From the NCBI GenBank assembly GCA_963850305.1, contig CAWKKR010000007.1:384001-448000 (forward strand): a stretch of DNA of 64,000 nucleotides. Direction: 5' to 3'. This document shows positions 39,824 through 49,922 of this stretch, piece by piece. The stretch is from an uncultured delta proteobacterium. GTDB lineage: Bacteria > Myxococcota_A > Polyangia > Polyangiales > Polyangiaceae. The notes beneath the pieces were generated by a model that was not told the DNA's origin, ran no database searches, and saw nothing but the letters and a program-made list of their open reading frames with translations. Every line of letters begins with the position of its first letter. Within the stretch, counting starts at the first letter, position 1. The position numbers were made by a program, and so were the translations under genes.

Positions 39824-41554
39824 TCAGGCTGCGGGGCTCTGTCCCGACGAGTCCTTCTTGTCGCCGTTGGCGCCTTCGCCGTTCGGCTGGATCTCGTTCA
39901 GGAGCTCGCGGCACTCGGGTTTGCCCTTCAGATGAGTCATGAGGGTGCCGGTGGCCTTCTGAAACGTGTCCTCGAACTTCAGGCCTTCGCGCGTGCGGGC
40001 GGCGACCTTTTCGCGGCCCGAGGCCAGATCTTCCTCGAGCGCCTCGGCGTAGCGAGCGAGCTGGGCGCGGAGTTCTTCTATCTGACGCCGCAGATCCTTG
40101 GCCGTCGTTTCGCGGGCCACGCGCTTGGTCTCGCGCTGCTTCAGCAGCTGCCGCTTGACGTCGACGAGGGCCGTCGCCGCGCCCGCTTGCTCGTATGTCG
40201 CACGCGTTCCTCTGCCGGCGCGTTCCGCTTCATTGGCCTTCGCCGAGGCTTCGATCGACTGCTTTTCGGCGACGAGGAGCTCCGCGCGGGCGGTCTCTTC
40301 TTCCTCGGCGTGAGTGGCCGCGTCGCGGAGGGCTCGCGATTCTTCCTGGGCGAGTTCCTCCACCTTTCGACCGATTTCCGCGCGGAGCGCTCGGCCGCGC
40401 CGCTCGAGCGCTTCCAGACGGCGGGTGTGGCTCGCGATCTCGCCTTCGAGGCCGTTCGCTTTCGCGGCGACGTCCCAGGACGTCGCGAGCGATTGGAGGA
40501 TCTCTCCGGGCGCGTTCCCGGACGGGTATGCGCGCGCGAGCATGCGCGAGAAGAGACCCGCGCGGCTCGCCCACTCCGTGACGTTCGCCGAGCGCGGGGG
40601 CGGGGGCGGAAACTGCTGTGGCGCGGCGACCTGCTCGCCACCCTCCTTGTCCCACGCTTGGGAGGGCAAGGAGCGCTGGAGCGCCTTCAGTTCTTCGAGA
40701 AGATGGTGACCGTCGCGATAGCGCCGTCGCGGGTCCTTCTCCAGAAGTCGCATGATGATGCGCTCGGCCACGGGATGGCAGTCCTTGCGGAGCGTGCTTG
40801 GCTTGGTCGCGGGCGCGGTGCGCTGCATCTCGAGTAGCGTGTCGCGATCGCTCGATCGGAAGGGGAGCTGTCCGGTCAGCATCTCGAAGAAGAGGATGCC
40901 GAGCGCATAGAGATCCGACTGAGGACCTGCTTGCTCGCCGCGTGCCTGCTCGGGAGACATGTACTCGGGCGTTCCGAACACGGCTCCCTTCGGAGCGAGG
41001 CGCGGATCGTGCGCCAGCGCGGCGAGCCCGAAGTCGAGGATCTTCACGAAGTCTTTTCGGCCGCCGCGCGCGGTGAGAAGAATGTTGTCGCTCTTCAGAT
41101 CGCGGTGCACGACGCCGAGATCGTGGGCGCGCGCAAGGGCGGCTCCCATCTGCTCGAGAATGTCGACGGCACGCTGGATAGGCATCGGACCGCGCGCGAT
41201 CTCGGCGGAGAGCGGGGTGCCGACGAGGTACTCCATGACGAGATAGAGTTCGCTCTCCTCGGTCTCGCCGATGTCGTGAATGTCGATGATGTGCGCGTGG
41301 TCCACCCGATTCGCCGCGCGGGCTTCGCGCAGCATCCAGGCACGCAGATGCGTCTCGCTCCGCAAATCGGGTCGGATCAGTTTGACCGCGACGACGCGAT
41401 CGATGAGCACGTGGCGGGCGCGATAGACGATGCCCATCCCGCCTTCGCCGATGCGTGCTTCGAGCCGATAGCGCCCAGCAATGACCTTGTTCAGCGCCGG
41501 ATCGTTCACGGTCCGGCGGGCTACCTTCGATTTCTCGGCGACTGCGTCAGGCAT
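39824..41554 (-). CDS. Cytoplasmic Ser/Thr kinase with long C-terminal coiled coil
   Basis: GEGGMG, HRDLKSDN, DFG and GTPEYMSPE motifs; heptad-rich Glu/Ala/Arg tail; no TM segment. Confidence 0.93.
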   Translation of the reverse strand: MPDAVAEKSKVARRTVNDPALNKVIAGRYRLEARIGEGGMGIVYRARHVLIDRVVAVKLIRPDLRSETHLRAWMLREARAANRVDHAHIIDIHDIGETEESELYLVMEYLVGTPLSAEIARGPMPIQRAVDILEQMGAALARAHDLGVVHRDLKSDNILLTARGGRKDFVKILDFGLAALAHDPRLAPKGAVFGTPEYMSPEQARGEQAGPQSDLYALGILFFEMLTGQLPFRSSDRDTLLEMQRTAPATKPSTLRKDCHPVAERIIMRLLEKDPRRRYRDGHHLLEELKALQRSLPSQAWDKEGGEQVAAPQQFPPPPPRSANVTEWASRAGLFSRMLARAYPSGNAPGEILQSLATSWDVAAKANGLEGEIASHTRRLEALERRGRALRAEIGRKVEELAQEESRALRDAATHAEEEETARAELLVAEKQSIEASAKANEAERAGRGTRATYEQAGAATALVDVKRQLLKQRETKRVARETTAKDLRRQIEELRAQLARYAEALEEDLASGREKVAARTREGLKFEDTFQKATGTLMTHLKGKPECRELLNEIQPNGEGANGDKKDSSGQSPAA

Positions 41555-41756
41555 CGTATTCGGGTGCGGTGGGCTCGCCTCAGGGCGCGAGCACGGCAAC
41601 GTTCGATAACTTCACCCGAAGTTCGAACTCGCGACAAGAACAATCCCCGCCATCGCCGTCACTCCACAGCTTGCACCAGAGGAGCGCGCCATTCCCCGGA
41701 GCCACCGGCCCGCGCTCGTGGCGAAAGCGAAAGGCCTTGTTCCGTGTCGCCTCGGG

Positions 41757-42395
41757 TCAGAAAACCACATTCACGAGCGGAATCGATACTTCCGTTCGTT
41801 GCTTGATGCCAAGCTCCGCGATCTCCGTGCGGGTATACATCTGTCGCACCTCGACGTCCGGCACCGACATCGTCACTGAGCCTTCGTCGACGGCTACGAG
41901 CGCCGGCGGCAGCTTCGGGAGCTTCGCGATGGTCTCGGAGTGATGCGTCGTGGCACGGCTGGTGGGCGCGCTCGGCGCTGGCGGCGCACTCTGGGCCGGA
42001 TTCGCAACCGGCTCATCCGCGGGTGGTCGATCTTCGACGTAGTTGACCGGTTCGTACGCAGTCGCGCTGAGGACGGCGACGGTCGTGGGGATCACGAGAA
42101 CCATTCCGCCCACGAGCATGTAGAGGGAGACCTTCGTGGCGGCGTCAGTCTCCACGAAGTGCCCGCCCACCGCTCCGGCGACCGCACCGAGGCCGCCTCC
42201 GACGGCGTACGCCCAGGCGGGCTTCACGTCCGCCGCAGCCTCGACGAGCATCACCGTCTCGCCGCCGAGCAAGCCGCCGCCGACGATCCCCTTGCCCGTC
42301 GGAGACCCGACGCCGTCCGCGTGAGCGACCTGCGGCAACGCAGCGCTCGCGAAGACGACGACACCACCAATCAAATATTGTCCGAACCCTCGCAT
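41757..42395 (-). CDS. Secreted/membrane hypothetical protein (Gly-rich hydrophobic segments, C-terminal Phe)
   Basis: Signal peptide ending AHA, GxxxG-rich helices, Pro-rich linker, ends VSIPLVNVVF; RBS GGAGG. Confidence 0.65.
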   Translation of the reverse strand: MRGFGQYLIGGVVVFASAALPQVAHADGVGSPTGKGIVGGGLLGGETVMLVEAAADVKPAWAYAVGGGLGAVAGAVGGHFVETDAATKVSLYMLVGGMVLVIPTTVAVLSATAYEPVNYVEDRPPADEPVANPAQSAPPAPSAPTSRATTHHSETIAKLPKLPPALVAVDEGSVTMSVPDVEVRQMYTRTEIAELGIKQRTEVSIPLVNVVF

Positions 42396-42576
42396 GGGCC
42401 CTCCAAAGTTTACGTGACGGCAGAAAGCGGAGGCCCGCATTAGACCGACTTTCCGCGTCCGGTGACAGATAAAACGGTCCGCCCTCACGGTTTCGGCCGG
42501 TCCGCGCTTAATCTCGGTTTCCTGGCCACGCCCATTCTCGCTGCTTGGGTGAGAAGGCCGCGCGGACATTCACGCC

Positions 42577-43533
42577 GTGAAGGCACTGATAACCCACTCA
42601 GCTCGGGCGGCGGCCGCCGCGACGGGCCTCATTTTCGCCATCGGCCTCGGCGCCGCGCTGGTTCGGCTGCTGCCATGGCTCGTCGCGCCGGAAGTCCCCT
42701 GGCGCATCTGCGCCCCGTTCGCCGCCCTTCTGGCCGGGTCTGCGTTCGAGGTCGCGATCCTGATCGGAGTACCCCTGGGCTTCGGGGTAGGGGCGGCCTT
42801 GTTCGTCGAGCGAGGCGAAGCGCTGGCCCTTCTGGCTCTCGGAGCCAGCCCGAGCCGGCTCGTCCTCGGCCTGGTCGCCCCGGGTCTGATGATCGTCGCT
42901 CTCGGTGCCGGCGTCGGCGCGGGGCGCGGAAGCCTTGCCGCCGGCGGACTCTTCACCCACCTGGTCGACGAAGGGCATGGCGCCTGTGAGTCGCGTTCCA
43001 GTCGGCGTCGCGTGGACGTTCCGCTGACGTCCTTGTCCTGGCTCTGTCTCCATTCCGGCGCCCGTCTCGCGGGGAGAATCCCGGGGTTTCCGGGTCCCCT
43101 CTGGTTCTCGGCGACGAACGTAATACCGAGCGAGGATCTCGGCGCTCTCGTCGTGTCCGACGTGGGCGTCGCAGGCGAATTGGGCCAGCGGACCCTGGAG
43201 TTCCGGGCCCGGCGGGTGCGCATCACGGGACTTTCGACGTGGGGCTCCTCGGCCTCGGCTCTCGGCGGGTGGCGGCGTGGGGGTTTGCTCTCCGGAGGAG
43301 CCCTCCTGATCGCCCTGCTGGCCGCGCTCCTCATGATCCGTGAGACGAGGGGGCATCCCCTGGTGGCAGCGATCATCGTCGTGCCGGCAACGGTCGTCAT
43401 GCTCGCGCTCGTTCACGCCCTGGACGCCCGGGTCGCGCCGGCCGCCGCATATATGGTGGCCCCGGCGGCAGGCGTCCTCTTCTTGTTCGCCGCGAACCGT
43501 CTGGCGCGCGTTGCTCCGAATCGGTCGGGGTGA
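42577..43533 (+). CDS. Integral membrane protein, weakly LptF/LptG-like
   Basis: 3+3 TM layout around a beta-rich loop; ERGEALALLALGASPSRL. Confidence 0.45.
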   Translation: MKALITHSARAAAAATGLIFAIGLGAALVRLLPWLVAPEVPWRICAPFAALLAGSAFEVAILIGVPLGFGVGAALFVERGEALALLALGASPSRLVLGLVAPGLMIVALGAGVGAGRGSLAAGGLFTHLVDEGHGACESRSSRRRVDVPLTSLSWLCLHSGARLAGRIPGFPGPLWFSATNVIPSEDLGALVVSDVGVAGELGQRTLEFRARRVRITGLSTWGSSASALGGWRRGGLLSGGALLIALLAALLMIRETRGHPLVAAIIVVPATVVMLALVHALDARVAPAAAYMVAPAAGVLFLFAANRLARVAPNRSG

Positions 43534-43575
43534 TACGACCCGCCTCGTCGACAGGTCGCCGAGTCCCCCCGCGCC

Positions 43576-44505
43576 ATGATTTCTTATCCCGGCCCCAGCG
43601 CGCCTTCGAGGCCGACTGTCCTCGCCGATGCGCCCCAGGGGCGTGACGTGGCTGGTCTGGCCACATCCCTGGTCCAGCTCACGAAGCCTGCCGTGACGCG
43701 GATGGTTCTCGCCACCGCGTGGTGTGGCGCGGCGATCGCGCCGGGGCCAATCCACAGCTACGCACGGCTCGCCTTCACGTTGCTCGGCACGACGCTCGTC
43801 GTCGGATCGGCAAACGCGCTCAACATGTACCTCGAGGGCGACGTCGACGCGCTGATGTCGCGCACCCGGAATCGCCCGATCCCGAGCGGCCGTCTGGCCC
43901 CGGAGGTCGCTCTCTGGTTCGGTATCACGCTCGCCGTCGTCGGGCTTCCGGTCCTCGCGTTCCTCGTCAACCCGCTCACGGCGTTCATCGGTGCGTTCGC
44001 GCTACTGTCGTACGTGCTGGTCTACACGCCCATGAAGCGTGTATCCCCGCTTGCGGTCTGGATGGGCGCCGTGCCGGGTGCTGCGCCGCCGCTCATGGGG
44101 TGGACCGGTGTCACGGGACACGTCAGCGCCGGGGCCCTGAGTCTGTTCCTCGTGCTCCTGGTCTGGCAGATTCCACACTTTCACGCGATCGCCATCTTCC
44201 GCGCCGAGGAGTATCGCCGCGCGGGGCTTCGCGTGCTCCCGGTCGTGCGCGGTCTCGACTACACCAAGTTCTCGATCGTCATTCTCCTGATTCTCCAGCT
44301 CGTCGTGAGCGCATTGCCGGCGTTCGCGGGCCTCGGCGGAAAGCCGTACGTGATCGTGGCGGCTCTGCTCGGGGCGATCTACGTGGGGTGGGGGCTCGCG
44401 GGACTTCGACCGAAGGCGGGAGCGCGCTGGGCCCGGTCGCTGTTCTTCGCGTCCATGCCGTATCTCCTGGCGCTCTTCATTGCGCTAGTCGTGGGCGCCA
44501 GCTGA
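43576..44505 (+). CDS. cyoE: Protoheme IX farnesyltransferase (heme O synthase)
   Basis: LTKP, ANALNM, DALMSRTRNRPIPSG, YTPMKR and WQIPHF motifs. Confidence 0.95.
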   Translation: MISYPGPSAPSRPTVLADAPQGRDVAGLATSLVQLTKPAVTRMVLATAWCGAAIAPGPIHSYARLAFTLLGTTLVVGSANALNMYLEGDVDALMSRTRNRPIPSGRLAPEVALWFGITLAVVGLPVLAFLVNPLTAFIGAFALLSYVLVYTPMKRVSPLAVWMGAVPGAAPPLMGWTGVTGHVSAGALSLFLVLLVWQIPHFHAIAIFRAEEYRRAGLRVLPVVRGLDYTKFSIVILLILQLVVSALPAFAGLGGKPYVIVAALLGAIYVGWGLAGLRPKAGARWARSLFFASMPYLLALFIALVVGAS

Positions 44506-45951
44506 ACTGATGACGGACTCGTACAGTGCGGCGTACGCGCCGGCGGAACGACCCCAGCCGAAGTTCTGCGACATGCCCGAGCGCTGGAGCGCTCTCCAGC
44601 CGGTCTTGCCGCGGTAGAGTCGGAGTGCGCGTTCGATCGCGTGACGGAGCGCGTCCGCGTTGTCGTCGACGAAGTCGAAGCCTGTCGCCGTGCCGGCGGC
44701 GCGAGCGTCGTCGGTTGCATCGACGACGGTGTCGGCGAGCCCACCCGTCCGCCGGACCACGGGCGGACTACCGTAGCGAAGTGCGTAGAGCTGCGTGAGC
44801 CCGCACGGCTCGGACCGCGACGGTACGAGCATCGAGTCGCTCCCCGCTTGCACCAGATGAGCGAGTCCCTCGTCGTAGCCGACGAGCGCCGCGACGCGGT
44901 CCGGGTACTGGCGGGCGAAACTCGAGATGGCCGTCGTGATGCCGGCATCTCCAGCCCCGAGCACGACGAGTTGCGCGCCGCTGGCGACGAGCCACGGAAT
45001 GATTTCCACGACCCAGTCGATGCCCTTTTGCCAGATCAGGCGGCTCACGATTCCGAAGAGAGGCGTCTTCGGATCGCGCGCCACCCCCGCGCGACGCTGG
45101 AGCGCCTCCTTCGATGTGGCCTTTCCACGCATCGACCTGGCCGAATAAGTCGCCGGAAGGTGGCGGTCCTTTGCCGGGTTCCATTCGCGGTAGTCCACGC
45201 CGTTGAGGATTCCGGTGAGCACGTCCTTCCGGCCCCGGAGCAGGCCTTCGAATCCCCCGCCCAGTCCTTCCATCTGGATCTCGCGCGCGTACGTCGGGCT
45301 CACGGTCGTGATGCGATCGGCGTAGTAGAGCGCGGCCTTCAGGAACGAGACGCGGCCGAAGAACTCCACTCCGTTCAACGAGAAGGTGGATTCGGGGAGC
45401 CCGAGCTCGCCGAACACGCTCCGCTCGAAGGCTCCGGGGTACGCGATGCTGTGGATCGTCGCGATGCAAGGGGGTCCGTTCGCAAGCTTCGTGTAAGCCA
45501 CGGCGAGACCGCCGGGCCAATCGTGGGCGTGTACGACGTCCGGCTTGTGGGCGTCATCGTTGGATGTGGCAAGCCACCGCGAAGCCCAGCCGAGCGCCGC
45601 GAATCGTCGATGATTGTCGGGCCAGTCAGCCCCTCTTTCGTCCTGGTATGGCCCCCCCGGGCGCCGGAACAGACCGGGCGAGTCGAGAACGTAGGCCGGG
45701 ACTCGACTTTCGCCCAGGCGCGCCGCGATGAGGCGCGCTGGGCCAGCACCAAAGAGAGCCGCGGCGGTCGTGAGCTCGCGTTCGTCGCGAGCGGCGTCGA
45801 GGACCGCCGTGTATCCGGGGACCAGGATCCGCGCGTCGACGCCCGCCTCGATCAGGGCGGGGGGTAGCGCTCCCGCGACGTCTCCGAGCCCTCCGGTTTT
45901 CACCCAGGGGTAGACTTCCGAGACGACATGGAGAACGCGCAATCGTGACAC
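44485..45951 (-). CDS. glgA: Glycogen synthase
   Basis: KTGGLGDV, HAHDW, TVSPTYA, GILNG and PSRSEPCGLTQ motifs. Confidence 0.97.
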   Translation of the reverse strand: MSRLRVLHVVSEVYPWVKTGGLGDVAGALPPALIEAGVDARILVPGYTAVLDAARDERELTTAAALFGAGPARLIAARLGESRVPAYVLDSPGLFRRPGGPYQDERGADWPDNHRRFAALGWASRWLATSNDDAHKPDVVHAHDWPGGLAVAYTKLANGPPCIATIHSIAYPGAFERSVFGELGLPESTFSLNGVEFFGRVSFLKAALYYADRITTVSPTYAREIQMEGLGGGFEGLLRGRKDVLTGILNGVDYREWNPAKDRHLPATYSARSMRGKATSKEALQRRAGVARDPKTPLFGIVSRLIWQKGIDWVVEIIPWLVASGAQLVVLGAGDAGITTAISSFARQYPDRVAALVGYDEGLAHLVQAGSDSMLVPSRSEPCGLTQLYALRYGSPPVVRRTGGLADTVVDATDDARAAGTATGFDFVDDNADALRHAIERALRLYRGKTGWRALQRSGMSQNFGWGRSAGAYAALYESVISSAGAHD

Positions 45952-45977
45952 GGAGCTCCGGCTATTTCCGACGTCCG

Positions 45978-47237
45978 TCAACGAAGGCGTTCGATCATGT
46001 CGGCGGTGACGAGGGTGATGCCCTGTGCGGTGCGATGGAAGCGGGCCGCATCGGCGTCCGGATCTTCTCCGACGACGAGCCCCTCGGGGATCACGACGCC
46101 GCGATCGATGATGGCCCTCCGGATGTGCGCCTTCCGGCCAATCTTCGCATCCGGGAGCACGACGGATTCGTGAACGACCGAGTACGAATTGACGCGAACG
46201 CCGTACGAGAGAAGCGAGCGGCGAACGGTGGCTCCCGAGACGACGCAACCGTCCGCCACGACGCTGTCGACCGCCATCCCTCGACGAGTCGCGTCGTCAA
46301 AGACGAATTTTGCCGGCGCGAGCTGTCGGCGCTCCGTGAAGATTTGCCAGCTCTCGTCGTAGAGATTCAGGTCCGGTGTCACGCGGGTCAAGTCGATGTT
46401 CGCCTCCCAGTACGCGTCGAGGGTCCCGACGTCGCGCCAGTACGGCGGCGCATCGACGTTGCGCACGCAGCTCTTTCCGAGGCGGTGCGCGTAGACCGCC
46501 ACCCGGTCCACGAGCTTTGGCAGGAAATCTCGGCCGAAGTCATGCGTGGAATTCGGATCCGCGGCGTCCAGATCTAGCAGGTCGTAGAGGAACTCTGCGC
46601 GACAGACGTAGATCCCCATGCTCGCGAGGCACATCTCGGGTTGCCCAGGGATCCCGGGGGCGTCCTTCGGCTTCTCCAGGAAGCGAGTGATGCGATCGCT
46701 CGCATCGACCTCCATGACGCCGAATGCGGGGGACTGCTCGCGGGGCACCTCGAAGCAACCGACAGTCAGGTCGGCGCCGCGTTCGGCGTGCTCTTCGAGC
46801 ATGATCGAGTAGTCCATCTTGTAGACGTGATCGCCCGCCAGGATCACGACGTATTCGGGGTTTTCCGCGCGCAAAATGTCGAGGTTCTGCCAGACGGCGT
46901 CCGCCGTGCCACGGTACCACATCAGCTCGTCCACGCGCTGTTGCGCCGGCAGGAGATCCACGAACTCGTTCAGCTCCCCGCGCAGGAAGTCCCAGGAGCG
47001 CTGGATGTGCCGCAGGAGGCTGTGCGCCTTGTACTGAGTGAGGACGTAGATCCGACGCACACCCGAGTTGATGCAGTTCGAGAGCGCAAAGTCGATGATG
47101 CGATAGCGCCCGCCGAAATGAACCGCCGGTTTGGCTCTCCGGTCCGTCAGTTTCCCGAGTCTGGCGCCGCGCCCCCCCGCGAGGACGAGCGCGACCGAAC
47201 GATTTCCAAACCGGCGCGCGGATGTTTCGGGCGACAT
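45978..47237 (-). CDS. glgC: Glucose-1-phosphate adenylyltransferase
   Basis: [25 protein letters not shown] and YWRDVG motifs; RBS GAGG before ATG 47237. Confidence 0.97.
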   Translation of the reverse strand: MSPETSARRFGNRSVALVLAGGRGARLGKLTDRRAKPAVHFGGRYRIIDFALSNCINSGVRRIYVLTQYKAHSLLRHIQRSWDFLRGELNEFVDLLPAQQRVDELMWYRGTADAVWQNLDILRAENPEYVVILAGDHVYKMDYSIMLEEHAERGADLTVGCFEVPREQSPAFGVMEVDASDRITRFLEKPKDAPGIPGQPEMCLASMGIYVCRAEFLYDLLDLDAADPNSTHDFGRDFLPKLVDRVAVYAHRLGKSCVRNVDAPPYWRDVGTLDAYWEANIDLTRVTPDLNLYDESWQIFTERRQLAPAKFVFDDATRRGMAVDSVVADGCVVSGATVRRSLLSYGVRVNSYSVVHESVVLPDAKIGRKAHIRRAIIDRGVVIPEGLVVGEDPDADAARFHRTAQGITLVTADMIERLR

Positions 47238-47278
47238 GATTCCGTCCTCTCGAGAGCTCGCTTGAATCATGAGCCCGG

Positions 47279-47294
47279 TGGCACCCGATTCGCA
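47279..47294 (+). promoter_or_regulatory. Sigma54 (-24/-12) promoter upstream of glgP
   Basis: TGGCACC-CGAT-TCGCA with exact GG-N10-GC spacing in the glgC/glgP divergent region. Confidence 0.6.
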
Positions 47295-47403
47295 ATGTCT
47301 CGATCGCTCGTTGTGACCCGGGCGTTTTCGGGTGAGTCTTCAGCCCTCAGGGCGCCGAGGCGTCCGAACGTTCGGGATCCATCTCCGAAGGCCCCAGCGA
47401 CCC

Positions 47404-49899
47404 ATGCCATCTTTACAACGATCCCACCCGCCGGTGGGAACCGACGACCGGACTGGCCTGACCCCCGACACGCTGAGGCGGGCCGTTCTGGACCATCTGC
47501 ACTACACGTGTGCTCGCGACCGTGAGTCGGCGACGCTGCAGGATCTCTACAACGCGATGGCTCACGCCATGCGCGATCGCTTGCTCAGCCGCTGGCTCTC
47601 GACGCGCGCGACGTACCGGAGCCTCCGTTCGAAGCGTGTCTATTACCTGTCCGCGGAATACCTGCTCGGTCGCGCGATGTCTCAGAATCTCGATAGCCTG
47701 GGGGTCTATGAGATCGCAGAGCGCATGCTCGCGGACGAGGGACTACACCTCGCGAGCGTGCTCGAGGAGGAGCCCGATCCCGGCCTCGGCAACGGAGGCC
47801 TCGGGCGACTCGCGGCGTGCTTCCTCGACTCGATGGCGGCGCTCGCGCTTCCCGGATTCGGTTACGGCATCCGCTACGAGTACGGCATCTTCGAGCAGCG
47901 CATCGAAGGAGGCGAGCAAGTCGAGCGCGGCGACACCTGGCTGAAGTACGGCAATCCCTGGGAAATCCCTCGCTACGATCGAGCCGTCGACGTGCACTTT
48001 TATGGCCGCGTCGCGAAGCACATGGACGGCGGCATGGAGAAATCGACCTGGGTCGAGGGGAAGCGCGTCGTCGGCGTGCCCTACGACATTCCCATCGCGG
48101 GCTTTCGAAACGGCACGGTGAACACACTCCGGCTCTGGTCGGCGCGGGCCGCGGACGAGTTCGATCTGCATCTGTTCAATTCCGGGGATTTCAGGCGAGC
48201 AGTGGAGGAGAAAGTGACGAGCGAGACCATCTCGCGCGTTCTTTATCCCGCGGACCATTCGGTCGAGGGGAAGGAACTCCGGCTCAAGCAGCAGTACTTC
48301 TTCGTCGCGTGCTCGATCGGGGACATCATCCGTCGATACAAGACTCATGAGGCCGGATTCTCGGGGTTTCCGTCGAAGATTGCCATCCAGATGAACGACA
48401 CGCATCCGTCGATCGCGGTCGCGGAGTTGATGCGCGTGCTCGTCGACGAAGAGGGGCTGCCCTGGGACGAAGCGTGGTCGATAACGGAGCGGTCGGTGGC
48501 GTACACGAACCACACGTTGATGCCCGAGGCCCTCGAGAAGTGGCCCGTCGAGATGTTCGAGCGCCTGCTGCCGCGTCATCTCTCGATCATCTTCGAGATC
48601 AACTCGCGCTTCTTGCGCAGAGCCAGCATCCAGTGGCCCGGCGACAACGAACGTCTGAGGCGGATGTCGATCATAGAAGAAGAGCCCGAGCGCGCCATCC
48701 GGATGGCGCATCTCGCCGCCGTCGGTTCGAGTCGCGTCAACGGCGTCGCGGAGCTCCATTCGGAGCTCGTCCGGACGCGGCTGTTCCCCGACTTCGCGGC
48801 CCTCTGGCCCGACAAGTTCATCAACGAGACCAACGGCGTTTCGCCGCGGCGATGGCTCCGTATCGCGAACCCAGCGTTGTGTCGCGTCTTCGACCGGAGG
48901 CTCGGTGATGGCTGGCTCTCCGATCTGAGAAAGCTCGAGGGACTTCGGGACGTTTCGGACCCGCAGGCGCTATACGACGAGCTTCGCGCGGTGAAGCACG
49001 AAAACAAGACGCGGCTAGCCGAGTTGTCGAAAACGCTCACGAAGGTGTCGCTCGACCCGGAATCCATGTTCGTTGTTCAGGTGAAGAGGATTCACGAGTA
49101 CAAGCGCCAGATCCTCTGCTGTCTCCACGTGATTTCGCTCTACCTCCGCATCAAGGACGATCCGGCGGCGGCGATGCTGCCGCGCACCTTCATTTTTGCC
49201 GGGAAGGCCGCGCCGGGGTACGCGATGGCGAAACAACACATTCGCCTCATCTCCGACGTCGCGAGCATCGTCAACGAGGACCCCGCCGTCGCGGGTCGTC
49301 TACGCGTCGTGTTCTTGCCGAACTACAGCGTCACGCTCGCCGAACGGATCATTCCGGCTGCCGATCTATCCCTGCAGATTTCGCTCGCGGGCACGGAGGC
49401 ATCCGGCACCGGCAACATGAAGCTGGCGATGAACGGGGCGCTGACGATCGGCACGCTCGACGGTGCGAATATCGAGATTCGCGATCGAGTCGGCGTCGAG
49501 AACTTCTTCTTGTTCGGTTCGACCGCGAGTGCCGTGGACGAAATACGTCGCCGCGGGTATCGCCCGGCAGACTTCATCCGGAAGAGCGAGACGCTGAGGC
49601 GCGTCGTGGAGTTGCTGAACACGGGCTTCTTCAGTCCTGATGATCGCTCGCGCAGCGCGGCCATGGCGGCATACCTCCGAGAGCACGACCCCTTCCTCGT
49701 CTGTGCCGATTTCGACGATTATCTTCGAGTTCAGGAAGAGGTGGCGCAGGTTTACGTGGATCGAGCGGAATGGATGCGGCGCGTCGTCTGGAACGTTTCC
49801 CGCATGGCGCCGTTTTCGAGCGACGAGACCATCCGGCGCTATGCGCGGGACATCTGGGGCATCGTCCCCGTGCGGATCGCCGAAGAAGTGGGCGGTTGA
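47404..49899 (+). CDS. glgP: Glycogen/maltodextrin phosphorylase
   Basis: GLGNGGLGRLAAC, NDTHP, KRIHEYKRQ and EASGTGNMK (PLP lysine) motifs. Confidence 0.97.
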   Translation: MPSLQRSHPPVGTDDRTGLTPDTLRRAVLDHLHYTCARDRESATLQDLYNAMAHAMRDRLLSRWLSTRATYRSLRSKRVYYLSAEYLLGRAMSQNLDSLGVYEIAERMLADEGLHLASVLEEEPDPGLGNGGLGRLAACFLDSMAALALPGFGYGIRYEYGIFEQRIEGGEQVERGDTWLKYGNPWEIPRYDRAVDVHFYGRVAKHMDGGMEKSTWVEGKRVVGVPYDIPIAGFRNGTVNTLRLWSARAADEFDLHLFNSGDFRRAVEEKVTSETISRVLYPADHSVEGKELRLKQQYFFVACSIGDIIRRYKTHEAGFSGFPSKIAIQMNDTHPSIAVAELMRVLVDEEGLPWDEAWSITERSVAYTNHTLMPEALEKWPVEMFERLLPRHLSIIFEINSRFLRRASIQWPGDNERLRRMSIIEEEPERAIRMAHLAAVGSSRVNGVAELHSELVRTRLFPDFAALWPDKFINETNGVSPRRWLRIANPALCRVFDRRLGDGWLSDLRKLEGLRDVSDPQALYDELRAVKHENKTRLAELSKTLTKVSLDPESMFVVQVKRIHEYKRQILCCLHVISLYLRIKDDPAAAMLPRTFIFAGKAAPGYAMAKQHIRLISDVASIVNEDPAVAGRLRVVFLPNYSVTLAERIIPAADLSLQISLAGTEASGTGNMKLAMNGALTIGTLDGANIEIRDRVGVENFFLFGSTASAVDEIRRRGYRPADFIRKSETLRRVVELLNTGFFSPDDRSRSAAMAAYLREHDPFLVCADFDDYLRVQEEVAQVYVDRAEWMRRVVWNVSRMAPFSSDETIRRYARDIWGIVPVRIAEEVGG

Positions 49900-49922
49900 A
49901 CGGCCCGGCGAGGCCGTGCGCG

